A stretch of DNA of 50,232 bases from Janthinobacterium lividum. GTDB lineage: Bacteria; Pseudomonadota; Alphaproteobacteria; Acetobacterales; Acetobacteraceae. Where the stretch lies: assembly GCA_050955025.1 (NCBI GenBank), contig JBPBQX010000330.1:1-50232 (forward strand). Reading direction: 5' to 3'. Shown in pieces: positions 44,568 to 50,232 of the stretch; the stretch's first letter is position 1, and every line of letters begins with the position of its first letter. A program made the translations under genes and the position numbers. The notes below the pieces were generated by a model. That model saw only the letters and a list, made by a program, of their open reading frames with translations. It searched no databases and had not been told where the DNA came from.

Positions 44568-46799
44568 ATGCCCCAGCCCGCCACGCCCCGCCGCCTGCCC
44601 GTGCTGCTGCTGGCGGGAACGGCGCTCGCCTCGGCGTCGCTGCCGCACGGCGCCAGGGCGGCGGGCGACGCCGGCACGGGCGCCGCGTCGTCCCCGCGCG
44701 TGGACACCGGCATCCTGCCCGTGGAGCTGCCAGGCGTGGAGGTGCAGGCGGACGCGACCGTGGCCTCGACCACGCGCGGCTACGTCGCCCATCGCGACAC
44801 CACCGGCACCAAGACCGACACGCCGGTCACCGAGACGCCGCAGTCCGTCTCGGTGGTCACCCGCGAGCAGATCAACCAGCAGGACGCCGAGACGCTGAAC
44901 GCGGTGGTGCGCTACACCTCCGGCGTGGTGCCGGAGCAGCGCGGCGCGGTGGCCACCCGCTACGACCAGCTCACCGTCCGCGGCTTCGACGCGAACTTCT
45001 ACTTCAACGGCCTGCGGCTGCTCGACAACGGCGAGTACCTCGTGCCGCAGCTCGACCCGTGGCTGATGGAGCGCGTCGAGGTGCTCAAGGGACCGGCCTC
45101 GGTGCTGTACGGCGCGTCCGCGGCCGGCGGCCTGATCAATCAGGTGCAGCGCCTGCCGACCGGGGAGAGCTATCACGTCGCCGGCATCGAGTTCGGCAAC
45201 TTCGGCCACGTCCAGGGCGAGTACGCCTCCGCCGGGAGGATCGATCAGGCCGGGCACTGGCTCTACAGCCTGGCCGCGATCGGGCGCACGGAGCAGGGCC
45301 AGATCCGCACCACCCGCAACGAGCGCATCGCGGTCGCCCCCGCCGTGACCTGGACGCCGGACGCGGCCACGCGCCTGACGGTGACCGCGCTCTACCAGCA
45401 CGACCCGCGCGCGTCGGCCTACGGCACGGTGCCGCCGGAAGGCTCCGCGCTGGCCAACCCGCTCGGCCCGATCCCGCAGAACTACTACGATGGCGACACG
45501 AACTTCGAGAAGTTCGACCGCACGCAGGTCTCGCTCGGCTACCAGTTCCTCCACGAGGTCAGCCCGGCGCTGACGCTGCGTTCCAACGGCCGGTGGTTCC
45601 ACCTGCAGCAGGACTACGCCAGCGTGTACGACAACGGCCTGGCCACGAACGCGAACGGCACGCCCGACTATTCCACCGTGATCCGCGGCACGGCGGCCGC
45701 CACCGGCGCGTCGGACCAGTACACGATCGACAACACCGCGGTGCTGACCGGGCGCACCGGGCCGGTGAGCCACGTGGCGCTGCTGGGCTTCGACTTCCAG
45801 CACATTGCGAGCAACGAGAACGCGGGCTTCAACTTCCTGGACGGCACCACGCCCAGCCAGAACCTGTTCAATCCGAACTACCGGCAGCCGATCAGCCAGC
45901 CCGCGCGCACCAAGACCGACCTGAACGCGAATCAGTTTGGCCTCTACGGCCAGGACCAGGCGCGGTGGGGCCGCCTCCTGCTGACGGGCTCGCTGCGCGA
46001 GGACTTGGTCGACACCCAGACGCGCGCCGCGACGCTGGTGGCCACGCAGCGGGGCCAGTACGACACCGCGCTGAGCGGCCGCGGGGCGCTGACCTACCTG
46101 TTCGACAACGGGGTCGCGCCGTACGTGAGCTACACGCAGTCCTTCACGCCGATCCTGGGCGCGAACCTGAACGGCGCCGCCTACAAGCCCGAAACCGGCC
46201 AGCAGTACGAGGTCGGCGTAAAATACCAGCCGCGCGGGTTCAACGCGCTGTTCACCGGGGCGCTGTTCGACCTGACGCGGCAGAACCTGCTGACGGCGGA
46301 CCCCAGCGGCGTGCCCGGCCTGCAGGTGCAGACCGGCGAGGCGCGCTCGCGGGGCGCGGAGGTGGAGGCCAAGGTCAGCCTGACCGCCAGCCTCGACCTC
46401 GTCGCCGCCTACACCTACCTCGACACCTTCTACAGCCGCGACAACACCGGGCTGCAGGGCCAGCGCGTGCCGGCGGTGCCGCACAACTCGGCGTCCGGCT
46501 GGGCCTACTACACCGTGCCGGTCGGCCCGGCCGCGGGGCTCGCGGTGGGCGCCGGCGCACGCTACATCGGCACCACCGCGGCCTACGGCGAGGCGTTCAA
46601 GGTGCGCGACTACGTGCTCGTGGACGCCACGCTGCGCTACGACCTGGGCCGGGCCATGCCGAAGCTTTCGGGGGCCGAGGTGTACGTCAATGCGCAGAAC
46701 CTGCTCGGCAACAAGTATGTGGCGTCCTGCTACTACGCGGGGTGGTGCGCCTACGGCTACCAGCGCCAAGTGTTCGGGGGCGTGACGTACCGCTGGTAG
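44568..46799 (+). CDS. TonB-dependent siderophore receptor
   Basis: ATG at 44568, with the signal MPQPATPRRLPVLLLAGTALASASLPHGARA. Plug region TDTPVTETPQSVSVVTREQINQQDAETLNAVVRYTSGV. C-terminal ...RQVFGGVTYRW ends in an aromatic residue. Confidence 0.9.
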   Translation: MPQPATPRRLPVLLLAGTALASASLPHGARAAGDAGTGAASSPRVDTGILPVELPGVEVQADATVASTTRGYVAHRDTTGTKTDTPVTETPQSVSVVTREQINQQDAETLNAVVRYTSGVVPEQRGAVATRYDQLTVRGFDANFYFNGLRLLDNGEYLVPQLDPWLMERVEVLKGPASVLYGASAAGGLINQVQRLPTGESYHVAGIEFGNFGHVQGEYASAGRIDQAGHWLYSLAAIGRTEQGQIRTTRNERIAVAPAVTWTPDAATRLTVTALYQHDPRASAYGTVPPEGSALANPLGPIPQNYYDGDTNFEKFDRTQVSLGYQFLHEVSPALTLRSNGRWFHLQQDYASVYDNGLATNANGTPDYSTVIRGTAAATGASDQYTIDNTAVLTGRTGPVSHVALLGFDFQHIASNENAGFNFLDGTTPSQNLFNPNYRQPISQPARTKTDLNANQFGLYGQDQARWGRLLLTGSLREDLVDTQTRAATLVATQRGQYDTALSGRGALTYLFDNGVAPYVSYTQSFTPILGANLNGAAYKPETGQQYEVGVKYQPRGFNALFTGALFDLTRQNLLTADPSGVPGLQVQTGEARSRGAEVEAKVSLTASLDLVAAYTYLDTFYSRDNTGLQGQRVPAVPHNSASGWAYYTVPVGPAAGLAVGAGARYIGTTAAYGEAFKVRDYVLVDATLRYDLGRAMPKLSGAEVYVNAQNLLGNKYVASCYYAGWCAYGYQRQVFGGVTYRW

Positions 46800-46805
46800 C
46801 CGGCG

Positions 46806-47780
46806 TCAGCGGGCAGGAGCCCTGCCCCGGCCTTCCATGAGCTGCCATGCCAGAAGGCCGGGGACGCCGAGCAGCACCTCGCGCAGCCGCTTCATCAGCG
46901 ACAGCGCGAGCGCCACCTCCGGGGACAGCCCGAACAGCCGGCAGATCACGATATAGCCGCCTTCCTGCACGCCCAGCGCGCCCGGCGCCGCGAAGGCCGC
47001 CGCCTTGAGCGCCTGTCCCAGGCTCTCGATCACCAGACCGGGAACCAGGCCAACGTCGTGTCCGAGGACGTGCAGGGCCAGGCAAACCTCGATCCCGCCC
47101 AGGAGCCACGAGGCCATTTGGCTCGCGGCCGCCAGCATCACCCGGCGCGGCGAGCGGTAGCAGGCGATCAGCGCCTCGTGCAGGCCCTCCACCCGCCCCG
47201 TGCCGCGCCATCCCATCGACCGCCCGAGCCGCATCACGCCGCGTTCCAGGACGTTCGCCAGCCCGAGCCACTGCGCGCCAAGGAAGGCGGCCGCGACCAG
47301 CACGGCCACCGCGATCCCCCCGGCCACGGTGCGCGACACGCCGCCCCCGCCCACGCCGTGCACCAGCAGCCCCAGGCCCAGCGCGGTGAAGGCGATCTGC
47401 GTCGTCACCTCCACCGTGAGGTCGGCGATTGTGCCCGCGATCGCCGGCGCCAGCGCCACGCCGCGCTTCTGCAGCAGCCGCGCCGCCACGAAGCTGCCGC
47501 CGATCTGGGCCACGGGCAGCAGGTTGTTCACGCCCTCGCGGATCCAGCGCAGCACCACGAACGCCCACGGCCCGGGGCGCGGCACGGTGGGCCCCGCGAT
47601 CACGCGCCACGCGATCCCGGAGAACACGACCTGCACCAGGTGGAATGCGACGACCGCAAGCACGCCCGTCCAGCCCGCGTGCCCGATCAGCGCGAGAACG
47701 GCCCCGACGCCGAAGCGCGACAGCAGCCATCCCGCCAGCGCCAGCCCCGCCAGCATCCCGAGCGCGGCGCCGATCCTCAT
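46806..47780 (-). CDS. lysylphosphatidylglycerol-synthase-TM-region-like (UPF0104, flippase-like) membrane protein
   Basis: ATG at 47780 (or GTG at 47804). The polytopic protein has ...LRWIREGVNNLLPVAQIGGSFVAARLL...PGALGVQEGGYIV, typical of the family. Confidence 0.7.
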   Translation of the reverse strand: MRIGAALGMLAGLALAGWLLSRFGVGAVLALIGHAGWTGVLAVVAFHLVQVVFSGIAWRVIAGPTVPRPGPWAFVVLRWIREGVNNLLPVAQIGGSFVAARLLQKRGVALAPAIAGTIADLTVEVTTQIAFTALGLGLLVHGVGGGGVSRTVAGGIAVAVLVAAAFLGAQWLGLANVLERGVMRLGRSMGWRGTGRVEGLHEALIACYRSPRRVMLAAASQMASWLLGGIEVCLALHVLGHDVGLVPGLVIESLGQALKAAAFAAPGALGVQEGGYIVICRLFGLSPEVALALSLMKRLREVLLGVPGLLAWQLMEGRGRAPAR

Positions 47781-47893
47781 GCAGCGGTCTTCATCGGAGG
47801 GCACGTCCTGACGGGGATGCGGCCGCGGTTCTGGTCCGCGGCGTCGTTCTGCGATACGGGCGAAGCCGCCACCGTTACCAGCAAGGCCGCGCC

Positions 47894-49048
47894 ATGTCCC
47901 ACCCAGCCCTCCCCCGGCTGCTCCTCACCCCGGGGCCGCTCACCACCTCCGCGCGCACCCGCGACGCGATGAACCGCGACTGGGGCTCGCGCGAGGCCGA
48001 CTTCATCGCGCTGAGCGAGTCCTTGCGCGCCCGCCTCGCCGCCCTCGCCAACGTCGCGGACACCCACGTCGCCGTGCCGGTGCAGGGCAGCGGCACCTTC
48101 GCGGTGGAGGCCGCAGTGCAGACCCTGGTGCCGCGCGACGCCACCCTGCTGGTGTTGGTCAACGGCGCGTACGGCCGGCGCATCGCCGCCATCGCCCGCC
48201 GCCTGGGCCGGCGCGTGCTCGTTCTCGAGGTCGCGGAGGACCAGGCCATCGGGCCCGAGCCCGTGCGCTGCGCGCTGGACGCCGACCCCTCGATCACCGA
48301 CGTCGCCCTGGTGCATTGCGAAACCACGAGCGGCCTGCTCAACCCCCTGCCCGCCCTGGCCGAGGTGGTGCGCGCCGCCGGGCGCCGGCTCCTGCTCGAC
48401 GCGATGAGCTCCTTCGGCGGGGTGCCGATCGACGGCGCGGCCACCCCGTTCACCGCCCTGATGGCCTCGTCCAATAAGGCGCTGGAAGGCGTCCCCGGCC
48501 TCGGCTTCGTGATTGCCGAGCGTGCCCATCTGCAGGCCAGCGAGCACGTCGCCAGCAGCCTCAGCCTCGACCTGCACGCACAATGGCGCGGCTTCGAGGC
48601 CGACGGGCAGTGGCGCTTCACGCCACCGGTCCAGGTCGTCGCTGCCCTGTCCGCCGCCCTCGACCAGCTCGACGCCGAGGGCGGTGTTGCCGCCCGCCAC
48701 GCCCGCTACACGCGCAACTGCGACCTTCTGGTCGCGGGCATGCGCGCCCACGGCTTCACCCCCTACCTCGACCCTGCCCTCCAGGCCCCGGTCATCGTGA
48801 CCTTCCGCATCCCCGACGGCGGCTGGTTCCGCTTCGAGGCGTTCCACGAGGCCCTGCAGGCACGCGGCATCTTCATCTACCCCGGCAAGCTCACCCACGC
48901 CCCCAGCTTCCGCATCGGCTGCATCGGCGACGTCGGCGAGCCCGAGATGCACCGCGTGCTGGACGCCGCGGGCGTGTTCATGTCCGATGTCGCACGGGAG
49001 GAGCCCGCCGCGAGGACAGGCGCCGTCAGCCCCGTTCGCGGACGCTGA
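47894..49048 (+). CDS. phnW: 2-aminoethylphosphonate--pyruvate transaminase
   Basis: The ATG at 47894 gives MSHPALPRLLLTPGPLTTSARTRDAMNRDWGSREADF...VPVQGSGTFAVEA...SSNKALEGVPGLGF (PLP Lys context)...FRIGCIG. It overlaps the convergent next gene by 23 nt. Confidence 0.85.
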   Translation: MSHPALPRLLLTPGPLTTSARTRDAMNRDWGSREADFIALSESLRARLAALANVADTHVAVPVQGSGTFAVEAAVQTLVPRDATLLVLVNGAYGRRIAAIARRLGRRVLVLEVAEDQAIGPEPVRCALDADPSITDVALVHCETTSGLLNPLPALAEVVRAAGRRLLLDAMSSFGGVPIDGAATPFTALMASSNKALEGVPGLGFVIAERAHLQASEHVASSLSLDLHAQWRGFEADGQWRFTPPVQVVAALSAALDQLDAEGGVAARHARYTRNCDLLVAGMRAHGFTPYLDPALQAPVIVTFRIPDGGWFRFEAFHEALQARGIFIYPGKLTHAPSFRIGCIGDVGEPEMHRVLDAAGVFMSDVAREEPAARTGAVSPVRGR

Positions 49049-49610
49049 CCCACAAGGCGAGCACGGGCGTGATGGTGCCGGCCAGGAGCAGGACCGGCGT
49101 GGCGCCCACGCACCACAACAGGACCGGCATCGCCAGGATGGCGTCGTCGGGATCGAACAGCACCTGCCCGTCCCGCCCCGGGGCGCCGGGCAGCGCCTTC
49201 CGCCCGAGCCCGTTGACCTGCCAGAACAGCGTCACCACGCCCACGGCTGCGAGCACACCGAGCAGCGGGCTCCAGCCCTGCAGCCATCCCTCCCGCGCGC
49301 CCCACCCCAGGCCGCAGAAGGCCAGGGCGTTGGAGGTGCAGTCCGAGACCAGGTCGAGGCGGTGCCCTAGCGGGCTCATGTGCCCGCTCAGCCGGGCCAG
49401 CACGCCGTCGGCACGGTCAAGCAGGCTGGACGCCAGGAAGATCGCGGCGCCAAGCGCGACCGGCCCCTGCCCGCCCTGCGCGAAGGCCGCCGCCGCGGCA
49501 ACGCCGGTGACGAACCGCAGCACGGTCAGGTGGTTCGGCCGCACCGGCGTGCCGACCAGCGGACGGACAAGCGGACGGACAAGGCGATGCGCGAGAGTGT
49601 CGTGACTCAT
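49026..49610 (-). CDS. CDP-alcohol phosphatidyltransferase family protein
   Basis: ATG at 49610. DRADGVLARLSGHMSPLGHRLDLVSD matches D-G-x2-A-R-x8-G-x3-D-x3-D. Multi-TM protein. Confidence 0.8.
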   Translation of the reverse strand: MSHDTLAHRLVRPLVRPLVGTPVRPNHLTVLRFVTGVAAAAAFAQGGQGPVALGAAIFLASSLLDRADGVLARLSGHMSPLGHRLDLVSDCTSNALAFCGLGWGAREGWLQGWSPLLGVLAAVGVVTLFWQVNGLGRKALPGAPGRDGQVLFDPDDAILAMPVLLWCVGATPVLLLAGTITPVLALWVSVRERG

Positions 49611-49735
49611 GGACCATGCTTCGCACCCAAACCTGTCCCTGGCCAGTGCGGGGGTGGCTCAGGGCTCTGCGGGGAAAGCGCCCTGCCCGCCGGGAAAAAG
49701 CTTGCTGTTGACGGGAGCGGCCAAGGAAGCAAGGC

Positions 49736-49759
49736 CTTCTTTTTCTGAAGAAAAAGAAG
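49736..49759. repeat. perfect 10-bp AT-rich hairpin (CTTCTTTTTC-tgaa-GAAAAAGAAG)
   Basis: Read directly from the sequence. It is preceded by GCAAGG, as in the REP family. Confidence 0.6.
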
Positions 49760-49828
49760 CAAAAAGACTTTGCCCATTTGGAGCCTGCGCCACGTCCTGG
49801 ACACGAATCTTGTGGGCAAGGTTGTTTG

Positions 49829-49850
49829 GTTCTTTCTTTCAAGAAAGAAC
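49829..49850. repeat. perfect 9-10-bp AT-rich hairpin (GTTCTTTCT-ttca-AGAAAGAAC)
   Basis: Read directly from the sequence. It is preceded by GGGCAAGG and lies 30 nt after the decarboxylase stop (minus strand). Confidence 0.6.
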
Positions 49851-49879
49851 ACGCTTTCTTGCTTTGCGGCTGGCGCGGT

Positions 49880-50232
49880 CTACGCCCGCCCCTTCGTCTC
49901 CGCCAGGAACCTGCGGAACCGCCGCGCGACCTCGTGGGGTGCGACCGTCGGGCGCCCGAGCGCCTCGAGGGAGCCGGGCCGGATGCGCGCATGCACGAGG
50001 ACCGGCCCGCGCAGGTTCAGCGCCGCGCGGAACGCCGCCTCGAAGCCCGGCCCGGTGTCGCAGCTGAACGCATGGGCGTAGCCGCAGGACAGGGCGACGC
50101 CAGCAAAGTCCACGCCGGCCGAGACGGTGGCCTGCCCGCCGGTGGAGTCGTGCACGCCGTTGTCCAGCAGCACGTGCAGCAGGTCCGGCTGCCACGCGCC
50201 GATCGTCGCCAGGCTGCCGAGCTTCATCAGCG
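49880..50232 (-). CDS. phosphonopyruvate decarboxylase, C-terminal (ThDP-binding) part; the gene continues right of the window
   Basis: ...LATIGAWQPDLLHVLLDNGVHDSTGGQATVSAGVDFAGVA... is the ThDP-binding end of sulfopyruvate/phosphonopyruvate decarboxylases. The phosphonate assignment rests on adjacency to phnW. Confidence 0.65.
   Translation of the reverse strand, partial: LMKLGSLATIGAWQPDLLHVLLDNGVHDSTGGQATVSAGVDFAGVALSCGYAHAFSCDTGPGFEAAFRAALNLRGPVLVHARIRPGSLEALGRPTVAPHEVARRFRRFLAETKGRA

Overview
This is a very GC-rich chromosomal window, probably alphaproteobacterial (inferred from gene content and an alpha-type SOS-box match). I saw no rRNA, tRNA, CRISPR array, transposase or integrase.

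- **Left flank (1-4556):** housekeeping-type genes (metC 3' end, hisI, a 2-hydroxyacid dehydrogenase, kdgT, a GlcG-like gene, an XRE-type regulator).
- **Centre (about 4.6-29.8 kb):** a mosaic glycan-assembly island. It holds a sharply AT-richer two-gene insert, three giant multidomain glycosyltransferases, three smaller GT-A type transferases, methyltransferases, a hexapeptide acyltransferase, a DegT aminotransferase and an exported glycosidase-like protein. In the middle sit a 792-aa Cys-free RTX/beta-roll-like repeat protein with 3(+1) tandem 399-bp repeats and a ChW-like repeat protein. Three island proteins share an unassigned roughly 40-aa aromatic repeat module. This island is my best candidate for an undescribed system: a secreted surface or S-layer-like protein together with its dedicated glycan.
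- **Right part:** an SDR, two S9 peptidases, an S24/CI-like repressor with a structured divergent control region and a 72-aa ORF, an orphan pseudopilin pair and poxB. It also holds an iron-uptake block (tonB-exbD-exbB, a PepSY protein, a TonB-dependent receptor) with two copies of a conserved 28-nt operator-like box. It ends with the left end of a 2-aminoethylphosphonate cluster that includes a CDP-alcohol phosphatidyltransferase.
- **Repeats:** a double-hairpin REP/MITE-like repeat family punctuates the operon ends.

Many long antisense and alternative-frame ORFs in the track are GC-driven shadows and were not called.
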